A DNA stretch of 64,000 bases from Okamejei kenojei (GCA_035221665.1 CM069132.1:40610001-40674000), one strand, 5' to 3'; shown: positions 13,165-25,160, numbered from the stretch's first letter. Program-made: numbers and translations. The notes: generated by a model not told the origin, from the sequence alone.

Positions 13165-13871
13165 AAGAATAGTGCTGAATAGTGTTGATGTTCGTGTATC
13201 TGAAATATTGAAAGCCAAAATGCAGGTTGAATGAGTATTTATTTTTAATGAATGTTTCCCTTTCCTGCAACATTGATGGATAACAATGGTAATAAAGTAT
13301 TTTTACATCTATTTTGATTTATGCTGAGACCACAGCAAGAGTATAGCATAGAATTTTGGTTTCTTTATCCAGGTGTAGTTTTGTGAGGAATAGTGGAATA
13401 TGTTGAGCTTACCCTCATTGGAATTTAGGAGATTGGAAGGTGATCTTTTTTGAAACTGATACCAAAAGGGGGTGACATTGCAGAGACTAATGTATGGAAA
13501 TGTACAACTGGGGGACATCGTTTTTAGAATAAGGAGACCCCATTTAAAAAAAAGTTTCTTCTCTGTGTCTTGAATCTTAAGATTTCTATTTCTATTAAAC
13601 CAATGATCTTATTAAAAACAGAAATGGACTGAATTATTTTGGCGAATTGCAATTTGAAGGTTATAAAGAAAAACAGTAAAATTGTATTTGTGACCATGAT
13701 CAAGTAAGCCATTATCTTTCTAAGTGACAGAGAAGGCACAAGGGTACTTGGCCAACTTCTACTTTTATTTTTGCGTCATTTATAAAACGATGACCTTTAT
13801 GGAAAGGCTAACATTTCTTGCTCTTCCCAGCTTGTCCTCAAAGTTGTAGTGAGCCATCTTCCTGAACCAAG

Positions 13872-14090
13872 GGGTACACAAAAGGCTGGAGAAACTCAGC
13901 GGGTGCAGCAGCATCTAAGGAGCGAAGGAGATAGGCGACGTAAGCTGTTTGTGGTGTGAAAATGAGAAGCTAGTGCGACTAGGGTGGGGGAGGGAGATAG
14001 AGGGAATGCCAGGGCCCGAGGGCTGAGGGAGAGGTGGGAAGGGGAGGAGACAGCAAGGGTTAACAGAATTGGCTGAGGGAGAGGTGTAGT
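13872..14090 (-). mobile_element. Penelope-derived repeat fragments
   Basis: GTACACAAAAGGCTGGAGAAACTCAGCGGGTGCAGCAGCATC...; same family as 42283-42586. Confidence 0.7.
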
Positions 14091-14124
14091 CTGTCTCTTG
14101 AAACTACTTCTACAATGTTGGCAG

Positions 14125-14695
14125 GTTTGGGGTAGTTTCTATCTGCTGAAGTCGCTGTCATGTGGCCAATCAGCACCTATTATCTTGTTGGAAAATGTTC
14201 AAAAGATCTAGCAACCAATGTAGCATTGTTGTATCCAATTAAAAATGTTAAAGACTTAAGAACTAAGTACGTAGATAGATTAAACCCCCGATGACCAACT
14301 CCACTTTCTCTTCATCCAGAAGGTCCTTTAATTACTTGTGAAAAGACTGACAACAAGATTATCAAGCAAGTATTCACAACAAAGTATAGGCTTAACAATG
14401 CTACATTGGTCTGAAGAAGGGTCTCGACCCGAAACGTCGCCTATCTCCTTCGCTCCTTAGATGCTGCTGCACCCGCTGAGTTTCTCCAGCTTTTTGTGTA
14501 ACCCCCCATAGGCTTAACAAAGTCAGTTGCATTAGAAATAAAGTCAGATAAAGCATTTGTGTATTGTTTCATTATAGCAGTACAAATAAAGCTTCTCCTG
14601 GCTGCCTAAATTGTAATTACACCTATTACACTGCAACCAGAAAATTTCTGTCATAATCTCGTTCTGATTCATATTAATGTATTTTCATCCTTTCA
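14125..14695 (+). repeat. Diverged AT-rich direct repeat, copy 1 (copy 2 at 18452-18988)
   Basis: Collinear blocks TTTGGGGTAGTT, AAGATCTAGCA, AATTAAAAATGTTAAA, ATTACTTGTGAAAAGA, TCAAGCAAGT, CAGATAAAGC, ATTACACTGCAACCA, TTCTGATTCAT. Confidence 0.8.
14408..14441 (+). ncRNA. Minimal type I hammerhead ribozyme motif in a Penelope-derived repeat (14409-14505)
   Basis: GGU-CUGAAGA-A-GGGUC-UC-GACCC-GAAAC-GUC-GCC: intact CUGANGA and GAAA boxes, stem II, palindromic ACGU helix III, GUC triplet. Confidence 0.65.
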
Positions 14696-17127
14696 ACTGA
14701 CACCAAAATGTACCTGAATTCACTGTTCCCACTTGAAAGCTACACTGGCAAGGTGCATGAGTTGGAGGATAGGGGTTGTAACGTTGAAGCCCTAGCAGTT
14801 GCCAACTGGACTAGGGAATTGTGAAATTACCCATGTAAAATATGTTAATCTCCTCGATTCACTGCCTGCGAAATGTTTATAACATTTAAGCTCGAGGTAG
14901 TGAACTTTGAGCTATTTGTAATTTAAATAGTTATATGTTAAAATTTGAGTTCCTTTGGTCAGCACTTCCAGTGATTTCACTGCCAATTTCTGTTGATTTA
15001 AATTATTAAGTATGTTGTATAATATTAAATTTGCTCAGTTTGCAGTAGTTAACGCCTATTCGGTTAAAGGAGATTTTGTATTGATTCTAGGGATGCCTAC
15101 ATTTTGGTTTAGGAATTATGTGAAAGACACAGGCTTTTAGATTTTGAGATTCAAATTTAAGGGAATAAGTGGAGAGGTTTTACCATAAAATTAACCGTAG
15201 GTCTTAACTTTAACAGTGTAGGTGTTTACTTCCTCCTTTCCGAAAAATATTATTTTGACAGAAACAATGTTTATTTTTTATTCTGAAGGATTTGGTGATG
15301 TTCGATACCCTTCTTCAGACCCTTCTCTCCAGAGATGCTACCTGTCCCGCTGAGTTACTCCAGCATTTTGTGTCTATCTTCGGTGTAAATCAGCATCTGC
15401 AGTTCCTTTCTACGCTTTTATTTTTATTCCAATTGATTGCAATAATTAGAAATGTTTTATTTATGTGAAAAGGACTTTGATTTTCTGTGACCAAGCTGTT
15501 CCCTTCCTATTTGTCTACCTTTTTTCAGTTATTGTGCAAGACTGACAGATGGCTCAGTGAAAAGGGCTAGCCCTTGATGACTCCTCACCACAGTTTTTTA
15601 AAAGAGCTGGAGACCGGGTATGGTGTTGACACATTGTCAGATTAGGAATCCAAGAGACCGAACCAATAATCTATATTTGTACCATAAAATTCCCACAAGA
15701 ACACATGAGCAATTCATTTAATCAAATAATCTAGAATTTTTAAAAAGGACTGGTTCAGTAAAGATTACCATGAAGCTACCAAATCGGGGTAAAAGACAAT
15801 TTCATTTGCTCAATTCCTTTTGGAGGAAATATGTTGTCCTTACCCAAGATGGAATTTGTTAAATCTTTAATGTAGCAGATCTCTGAAATCACCTAGTTAA
15901 CCACTCAGTTTATTCATAGTTGTTATTTTAAAAGATCTTAAACTCTTTGGACTACCCCAGATTGACCTAAGTATCAAATTCAGACAGCAAATTTGTTCCC
16001 AATCTGGTCGAACTTGTAAAGGTCCTTCTTGTAAACAACTGGAATTGGTGTCCAAATTGGAAGCCAAAAAAGATAAGCAACCTGACATAGTCATATTCAC
16101 ATAAACTTGCTTTACAGGCTGCTTATCAGACTCCGCCATCACTGGTTGGACACAGTCTCAGAGTTGGTGAAACAGTGAGATACAGTCAAGAGGGAACAGC
16201 TTTGGAAATCCTTGATATTGATTCTAGACCCCATAATATCTCACGGCATAAAATATAAAATGCACAAAGATACTACCCTTCTGAATAGTACCTACCATTT
16301 CCCACCCCTGCATTACCTGATTAATCAGCATATTATGTTGCGCGAATTTGGAAGCAGCAAGGGCAGAGGATGGACTTCATAATCGATAGGAGTGGAATTA
16401 GGCCATTCGGCCCATCAAGTCTACTTCAATCATGGCTGATCTATCTTTCCCTCTTAACCCCTTTCTTCTGCCTTCTTCCCACAACTCTTGACGTATGTAC
16501 TAATCAAATGGGGCACGTACTTCCAATGGAGAATGCCATTGTCCATCAGAAAGCACGGCAATTCGTCTACCAACTGAGTGGACAAACTCAGAAAGACATT
16601 ACAAAACTAGGTCTCAAGCAGATAGTGAGCAATCCAAAGTGCCTGCTGCAGACGCATCTGTCAATGAATGCATTGGAAGAAGTGACAAATGTACATTCCT
16701 CTTGGAGACCTAATCATGTTTTCACACTAAGAACACTATGCATCATACTGTGCAACAGTAAATTATCCTAATTTGGACAAATTCAACAGATTGGAAGTGG
16801 AAACTGAGCATCCACAACATGCTCTCAATCAGCAGCAACAAGAACAATGTAACTGCTTCACAAACTGTCACCATATGGAGTTGCAAATCGCTCACTATCA
16901 TTATTGTCTAGCTCAGGGATCAATACTAGTTCAACGATGAAAGCAGAAGGGCATATCAAAAGTACCACCAGACCGAGTAATGAGGTTCCAACCTGGCTAA
17001 GCTCCAGGAATAACCTTGTGAGTGCTAAACACTAAAAGCAGCATCCAATGGATCTGATCAAAGCTCTGCAGTCCTGCCACATCTCGTGAACTGTTTAGCA
17101 CCTCACAATAACCAGTTCCAAGAACTA

Positions 17128-17329
17128 AAGATAGACACAAAATGCTGGAGTAACTCAGCGGGACAGGCAGCATCTCTGGAGAAAAGGAATGGATGACGTT
17201 TTCGGTTGAGACCCTTCTTCAGACTAAAAGCCACCCATTCCTTCTCTCCTGAGATGCTGCTTGTCACGCTGAGTTACTCCAACATTTTGTGTCTATCTTC
17301 GGTGTAAACCAGCATCAGTAGTTCCTACA
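17128..17329. mobile_element. Penelope-derived fold-back insertion with 15-bp TSD
   Basis: TSD CAGTTCCAAGAACTA at 17113-17127 and 17330-17344; inverted arms about 17128-17195 and 17233-17299. Confidence 0.85.
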
Positions 17330-17435
17330 CAGTTCCAAGAACTATCTTGTCCTCAGTGGTCTGTGTCCAGCCTGCAAGTGACAAAGGCAAGGCTGGAGCA
17401 TTTTCCACCATCTTCAGCTAGAAGTGCCAAGTGGA

Positions 17436-17683
17436 TGAGGAAAAACTTTTTCACACAGAGTTGTGAATTTATGGAATTCTTTTCCTCAGAAGGCAGTGGA
17501 GGTGAATTCACTGGATGCATTCAACAGTGTTAGAGCTCTTAGGGCGAACGGAATCAAGGGGTATGGGGAGAAGGCAGGAACGGGGTACTGATTGTGAATG
17601 ATCAGCCATGATCACATTGAATGGCGGTGCTGGCTCAAAGGGCCGAATGGCCTACTCCTGCACCTATTGTCTGTGTATCTATG
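17436..17683 (+). mobile_element. CR1 3' end inserted in an older decayed LINE
   Basis: WNS-type coding end and 3' UTR nearly identical to 3180-3288; flanked by TGGATGA. Confidence 0.8.
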
Positions 17684-18451
17684 GATGATTCATCCTCCCA
17701 AGATTTCCATCATCACAAACACTTCTTGTCAGCCAATTGGATAAATTTCACACAACATCAGAAAGCAGACCAGAGGAGTTAGTATAGCTACAATAAAGAA
17801 CGTGAAGTGGAAGTGAAGAGGCACTGTGGCGGCACAGAAGGGAAGCTCCCGTGAGGAACCGCAGGGCTGGACAAGGACGGACCCGGCAGCCGAAGGGAAC
17901 AAAGACCTGGCAGCCGACGAGAACAAAGATGCGGGAGCTGGCTGAGAACAAGGACAGACCCAGTGGCCGCCAGGAACCAAGACCCTGTGTCCTGCAGTCA
18001 CTGTAAAGAAAGGCCTGGTGAAGACCGGAGAGTCGAGGAAGGAGCCGCTGGCGACGACGTAGGCAAGGAGTGGGCCGGTAGGTGAGGGAGGTCGCTAGGT
18101 CTTTATTCTCCTCGACTGCCGGGCATTGGGTCCAGCGCTTCAATGTCAGCTGCAGGAAAAGCCCCCCGTGACACAGAAGCGGTCGGGCAAGGAGAGGGAC
18201 ATCGGGTCACGGGCCTGCAGCAGCCTGATGCTTACCTGGATCGAGGGCATTCTAGTACTTCCAGCAAGTGGACCAGACTTTGGACTTTTTCTTTGTAAAC
18301 AGTGTCAAAATGTGCCAAATGTGCATTTGTGGGTTGTGCGAAAGAATTTCACTATGCTGTGCATACGTAACAATAAAGAGCCATTGAACCCGGAAAATAT
18401 CTTCCTGGACCACCATGGTTCATCACATGAAGGTACTTTAATGTTGGCTGA

Positions 18452-18988
18452 TTTGGGGTAGTTCCTATCCACTGCAGGTCCTGTCATGTGGTCACTGTGC
18501 ACCTAATAGATGGTTTGAAAATGTTTGAAAGATCTAGCAGCCAAGGTAACATTAAAGACACAAAGTGCTAGAGTAACACAGCGGCTGAGTTACTCCAGTA
18601 CTTTGTTTTGATTTTGGTAAACCAGCATCTGCAGTTCCTTGTAGCAGCCAAGATAACATTGCTGTGCTTAATTAAAAATGTTAAAAACTTAAAAACTAAA
18701 TGCATAATGAGATGAAACACCTTATGACCATTCCATTTCCCCTTCGCCCTCGGTAGTAGATCTTTTCATTACTTGTGAAAAGAATAATGACAACTATGTC
18801 AAGCAAGTGTTCACAACGTGCTCAGTCAGTTGCACTATAAAATATGTTCAGATAAAGCGTTTGTGTAATGTTTCATTGCAGTAGTTTGAATAAGAGCTTT
18901 TCTGTGTGTCAGTGTCTAAATTCGAATTACACTGCAACCAATGTAATTCCCCTCATAATCCCATTCTGATTCATGTTATTTTCAACCT
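18452..18988 (+). repeat. Diverged direct repeat, copy 2, interrupted by an 88-bp hairpin insertion (18554-18641) with a 19-bp TSD
   Basis: TAGCAGCCAAGGTAACATT 18535-18553 and TAGCAGCCAAGATAACATT 18642-18660. Confidence 0.8.
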
Positions 18989-19002
18989 TTTTTCAACATA
19001 GG

Positions 19003-19485
19003 AACTATGTGCCTGCACTCCTAAATCCCTCTACTCCACAACACTCCGCAGAGCCATGCCATTCAGTTCCTGTATAGGTCCTGCCCTGGTTTGACTTCCC
19101 AAAATGCAATACCTCGCACTTCTCTGTATTAAACTCCATTGTCCATTCCTCAGCCCACCTGCCCAACCGATCAAGATCACGCTGCAATTTTTGACAACCA
19201 TCATCGCTATCTTCAATACCACTCATCTGCATACTTACTAATAGTGCCTTGTACGTTCTAAACCAAACTCTTGATTCAGAAGAAAAACAGCGCCGAACCC
19301 TAAGGCACACCATTAGTCACAGACCTCCAGTCCGAAAAACAACCTTCCACCTTTACCATTTGTTTCCTTCCATTAAGCCAGTCAGATAGCTCTCCTTGGA
19401 TCCCGTGATCTAACTGTCCAGAGCAGCCTACCATGCAGAACCTTGTCAAATGTAGAGCAGCCTACCATGCGATATCTTGTCAAGT
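19003..19485 (-). mobile_element. CR1 RT fragment
   Basis: LQRDLDRLGRWAEEWTMEFNTEKCEVLHFG in ORF 19005-19313. Confidence 0.85.
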
Positions 19486-20882
19486 GCTATATGGTCAAAT
19501 ATTATAACGTTATGCTTAATAATGTTATAATATTTTTCAACATAGTTGAAAAATATTGTTTAAAAAAAAAATTGTAGGAAATTGTTTACGAAATCACCTT
19601 TCTAATCTATTTAGAAATGGAGTATTGTTCAGGACAAAATCAGTGGTCTGTTGTGTTAACCCTTTACCTCATAAGAAACCAAAACTTACTGTGATAAGTG
19701 AAACAGAGGTTCATTAAATTAACCTCTGATAGAAATCTTTCTCCTAATTCTTCAGCAAAATTAACATTCACAAGGAGTTTTGCGTGCTAAGTGTTTGTAC
19801 TTGAGCCTTCAAATAGCTGCTACATTTAGTAATTACAGCAAGTACAAGCTTTCTTTCACAGAGCTATTATTAAGAAGGGGCCTTTCACATGCAATCACAA
19901 TTCTTCCCTTATGAAAACCAATAAAGATGTACCATAGAGGGCACAGTTGTAAGATGTATAAAGCCCTGGGGGGTGCATTCTTCTGACAGCTGCTTCACAA
20001 TTCTTAACAAAGCAAATGTCAAAGTTGTCGAGCCTGTCATATGAAAATGATCCATGTAACCATGGTCTCCTTTTCCCTGGATAATAAACCACTGTCTGCT
20101 TTGCAGTTGCAGTGTCAAAATCTGCAATCTATTATAAATATTTTATATCCGTCTATAAAAGCAATTGGTAGGAGTTTTAACTGTTCCCAGTCCCAAGTTT
20201 ATTATTGGGCTGATGTCTTTCATATAGCAGCTTACCACATCCAACATGTCTTGTAAGAGACCACCATTATCCACTAGTATTAACACCCAGTATAAGCTGC
20301 TGCTGGATAATATGGAAGACACTGATTTGTTGAAATGCAGTGGACCTTCCACATATCCATCATTGAAAAGAGTACAGTTATCACTGAAAGCAGCACATTG
20401 CAAAGAAATGTCTCTTTTACTTGATGTTTCTATAGGAGGCCACAACATCCAGTTTGTGTTCTACCTCTGCGCTACACTTTAAATATTGAAAATGGACACT
20501 AGATCACCCAGTATCTTGACCAAAATACAGATTGTCATTGCAGTGCCGTCTTATTTCATATCTTACATGTAAAGGTGTAACATATACATTTTGAAAAATG
20601 TTGGGGGGAAAACTTGTACATTTTGAACTTGTTCCTCAAATTTTAGATCGATACCTGTCTTGACTATGTATGGTTCCTAATATCCCAAACAGTAAATTAT
20701 TGAATCCTTAAAAGGAAAAGTTGGTAAGCAAAAGCATTTCAATGGTTCAAAGGTTCTTTATTTGTCACATACACCAATTGGTGCAGTGAAATGTGGATTG
20801 CCATTGCAGCACATTAAAAAGAATACAACATAACAATAATAAAGAAATTTAAACATAAAAACATCCCCCCCACAATGGTTCC

Positions 20883-21069
20883 TGTAAATGAAAACTTTAC
20901 AAGCTCTTAAGTGTACAACATCTTTTAATGATAGCACTGGGTATTACACACACCTTCAAGCACCGGCTACATTTTCCTACTGAGGGGAAGGCGTTATGAT
21001 TGATGTTAACTGGGCGGGGTTAATGGGAGTGAGGTAACTATATTATTGGTTGCATATAAACCATCTACA
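20883..21069 (-). repeat. Gypsy 3' LTR (187 bp)
   Basis: TGTA...TACA termini directly adjacent to the polypurine tract. Confidence 0.85.
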
Positions 21070-21163
21070 TCCTTCCCCTTAGAAATAAAAAAAAACAGAT
21101 TGTTGTCACGACAACCGAATTAAACAGCAGAATTAAACGAAATCGCCGTAGCGAACAGGCGGC

Positions 21164-24004
21164 TTACTGATCCTGCCCGAGCGCGTACGGATGTCTCCCC
21201 CCTCCCCCCGAAAGAGCAGAAGAAGCAGGAGGACGCAAGGCAGCCGGGGAACCAGGGAAGGGCATTGGGGTGGGAGAAACAGGAGAGGGAGAACCGCGAT
21301 CGGCAACAGGGGACCCGCGCAGAGGGGAACCAGGCGCCCGCGACGGGGACCGAGGCATGCAGGGAACACCAGCCGGGGCGGCAGCCGGCTGCTGATAGGA
21401 GAGTGGAGGGGCATAGGGCCCAGGGGGCTGCGGCTGTGGCTCATTAACCGCAAGCAGGTGTTGTCGGCTTCTTCGGTAGATGGAACCCTCACAGTCGACC
21501 AGATACGAACGAGGTGAGTCGGCCACCCCAACCACGGTGGCCAGACGGTAGTGCCCACTGGCGGTCTGCAAACGAACAACCTGTCCGGGCAACAGAGGAT
21601 CGAGTGGTCTGCACGACCGATCGTGGGAACGCCGCTGGCTGTCATGTTTCTCTTGAATTCGCCTCTGCACGGAGGCGGGCTCCAGCACCCGAGGTTTCAG
21701 CTGGCGCTGGGCAATCGGGACGGTGGATCTGGTAGTTCTGGACATCAGACGCTGAGCAGGGGACCCCATGGCCGGATCCCTGGAAACATTCCTGAGGTTC
21801 AGGAGATCCAAATACAAATCAGAATTGGATAGTCGCGCCTGTTCCATCAGAAGCTTGGCGCTGCGGACGGCCCGTTCTGCTAGGCCGTTCCTCTGTGGGT
21901 ACTCTGGGCTGCTGGTGAAATGCACGAAGTTCCACTTGTCGGCAAAGCTTTTGAATTCTCGGCTTGTAAACTGCCTGCCGTTGTCAGTCTGCAGCCTGAC
22001 CGGGGTCCCAAAAGTGGAGAAGTGTTTCCGCAGCTTGCGGATCACCATCTCCGACGTGAGGGATGTCAGCAAATCCACTTCGAACCAGTTGGAGTACGAG
22101 TCGACCAGGACAAGGTAGTGGTTACCACGCCACTCGAATATGTCGGCAGCCAGCGAGGACCAGGCCAAAGCAGGGGCGGGCTGTTGCAGCAGGGGCTGTC
22201 GCTGCTGGTGCGGCGCAAGACTGTTGCACGTGGAGCAGGCAGAAACTCGGTCTCGGATATATTTGGCCATTCCAGGCCAATAGAATTGGCACTGAGCGTG
22301 GGCAAGCGTTGCATCGACCCCAGGGTGTCCGCTGTGGGCTGCACAAAAGTAAAAGTCAAACAGGGAGGACGGGACCACAACTTTATGTCCCTTGACGATA
22401 ACGCCATCCTGGAGCACCAGTTCGTCGCGGACCAGGAAGAAAGGCTGTGCTTCAGACGGCGCGGCGGAGCGCTTTGTTGGCCACCCTGCTTTAATCACCG
22501 ATGCAAGCTGCTGCAAAGCCAGATCGGCAGCGGTGTGCTCGGCCAAAACCTGTAGCTGCTTGGTGGGAATAAAGTTAAACGCCCAGTACGAGCAAGTCCT
22601 CTGTTTCGTAGGGGTGGCGAGCGCAGGAGGTACGCGGGGCTCGCGACAGGGTGTCCGCAATGTGCATCTCGGTGCCCTTCTTGTAGATTATGTCAAAGTC
22701 GAAGCGCTGGGAGCTGCAGCATCATACGCTGCAGCCTGGCAGGGGCAGCGTGAATCGGCTTGTTCAGGATTGTCACCAGTGGCTGGTGGTCGGTTTCGAC
22801 CGTAAATCTGCTGCCGAACAGGAAGTCTCTGAACTTGGAGCAGGCGAACACCACCGCGAGCAGCTCTTTCTCGATCTGAGCGTACCGCTGCTCGGTGTCC
22901 GTCATGGTGCGGGAGGCATAGGAGACGGGATGCAGCGATCCATCGACAGACTGAAGGCAGGCCGCACCCAGACCGAACTTGGAAGCGTCACAGGTGACGG
23001 TGATGGGGCGACCCACGTCGAAGAACCGCAACGTCGGAGTGCTAATCAGTTTCGACTTGAGGCGGTCAAAAGCCTGCTGGTGATATGGGAGCCAGGCCCA
23101 GGCGATATCCTTTTTGTCAGCTGCCGCAGGGAGCACTCAGCTCACTGAGGTTTGGTATAAACTTGCCAAGGTAGTTCACCATGCCCAAGAATCGTTGCAG
23201 ACCTGGCACGTCGGTGGGGGCTGCCATTTCGGAGATGGCAGCGACCTTCAAGGGGTCGGGCTTTAGTCCGTTAGGGGTGAAAACATGTCCAACATACGTG
23301 ACCTCTGAGACACGAAACCGGCACTTCTTGGGATTCAGCTTCAGGTTCGCCTGTCGCGCGCGATCCAGGACGCGGCGGAGGTTCAGGTCGTGCTCGGCAA
23401 GGTCCTTCCCGTAAACCAGGATATCATCCACGATGATGGCACATGGCAGGTGCGCGAATAATTGCTCCATCGTCTGCTGGAACACCTCGCTAGCAGAATT
23501 GATGCCGAATGGCATTCGCAGGAACTTGAATCTGCCGAACGGTGTGGCGAAGGTCGTCAGGTCAGAAGACGCTTTGTCCAACGGGACCTGCCAAAACGAG
23601 TTCTTAGCGTCTAGGACCGAAAAGATGGTGGCTTGCCCGACCTTTGCCGCCACATCCTCAACAGACCGCATGGGGTAATGTGGTCGCCTGATGGCAAGGT
23701 TTAAGTCCTTCGGGTTGATACACACGCGTATCTCGTTCTTGTCTTTCTTAATCGTGGCAACCATGGTGGAGACCCAATCGGTGGGCTCGCTAACTGCTAC
23801 TAGCACCCCCTTTTCGACCATCTCGTTGAGCATCGCCTCGACCTTGTCCTTCATGGCGTGAGACACCCTGTGAGGTGCGCGGACCACGGGTTGTATATTT
23901 GGGTCAATGGAAATATGGTATGACACTGGTAACTTCCCCAGGTCATCGTCGAACAGGTCCTGGTATTCAGCAACCGGGTCAAACGAAAGTTGCACTTTAA
24001 GTTG
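21164..24004 (-). pseudogene. Gypsy pol, frameshifted into RT, RNase H and integrase ORFs
   Basis: ORFs 23117-24091 (element-derived only to about 24004), 22693-23136 and 21164-22660. Confidence 0.9.
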
Positions 24005-24842
24005 CATTATGAGGGAAGGCGCAAAGTCCAGTCCCAATCCCCATGTCCAACCAGTTTTGAAATCTGTTGAAAATTGATTGGCGTGAATCACATTTATAGT
24101 TATCTTCTTAAAAGTGAATGCAGTACTGCCTATTGAACTTTGGGCACAGGGTACAAATCATTGCTAAAACACGCACTGACACTAATTTGTTTAAACCACT
24201 AGTTCGCTGTAGTTGTGCATAGACTGGCAGGCAGATCTCCTTAACTTCGGGTTATGGAAGATCGCCAGCATGCTGCTGTCTGACATCATTTTGTTTTCCC
24301 ATTTTAGACTTGACCGAATTTCAGATAACTTATGATGCTATTGGTAATTGGAAAATTGGCAGACTTGTCACAAATGTTTGGGAGAGAGTGCATAAAATAC
24401 AGGAATAAAAATGGTCTGTTAAGTAAGATTTATAGTCACTTCAGCTAAATGAAGTAACTGACTACAAAATAGAACAACATTTTCTGTCACTGCAACAACT
24501 TGGTACTATTAATTTGATGGTAGTTGAGACTTTTGTAAACTTTACTTTCAATGCATTGAATTTAAATCAGCTCTGAGTAAATGTCAGTGAAGCTTTGCAG
24601 CACGGAAATGATCTGTTGATTGTTTTATTGTGACACAAATAGTAAGTGAGGAGATGAAATTTCAATTGAGAAGGCTCCTCATGATGCAAGAATAATGTAT
24701 TTAATAATATGAAGGATAACTATTTAAGCATTATAGCATTAAAATAATGAAAATGGATTAAATAGAGATAGTGTTTTTAAATTGAAATGAATCGGAACAT
24801 TAAATAGCATTTTTAACATTGTGTACGATTCATCTCAAATGA

Positions 24843-25160
24843 GGGCGGCACGGTGGCGTAGCGGAAGAGCTGCCACCTTACAGCACCAGAGACCCGGGTT
24901 TGATTCTGTATAGGGGTGCAGTCCTTACAGAGTTTGTACGTTCTCCCTGTGACTGCATGGATTTTCTCCGGGTGCACTGGTTTCCTCCCGCACTCCAAAG
25001 ACGTTCAAGTTTGTAGGTTAATTAGCTATGGTAAAATTGTAAATTGTTCCTAGTGTGTTGGATAGTGTTATTGTACAGGGTGATCGCTGGTGGGCACAGG
25101 CTCGGTGGGCCAAAGGACCCATTTGCACACTGTATCTCTAAAGTCTAAAATCTAAAAAAG
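24843..25160 (+). mobile_element. tRNA-derived V-SINE (HE1-like)
   Basis: GGCGGCACGGTGGCGTAGCGG head, GGTTTGATTC B box, V-domain, TCTAAA tail. Confidence 0.85.

Larger units (their letters stand above)
20883..24004 (-). mobile_element. Ty3/Gypsy LTR retrotransposon (probably Mag-like), 5'-truncated: RT-RNase H-integrase, PPT and 3' LTR
   Basis: RT (LDAKNSFWQ, RMPFG, IVDD), RNase H (CDAS, YAQIEKE, ETDHQPL), integrase (HHCC, DIF, TDNG, GLAERAV); PPT AGGGGAAGGA at 21070-21079. Confidence 0.95.

Noticed and set aside
17729-18461. GC-rich ORFs as a host gene
   Set aside because: The region has short internal tandem repeats and ends in AATAAA plus CCATTGAA, as expected for a LINE 3'-UTR-type repeat; no protein motifs
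21191-23678. Many plus-strand ORFs overlapping the Gypsy pol
   Set aside because: Shadow ORFs of GC-rich coding sequence with no recognisable motifs
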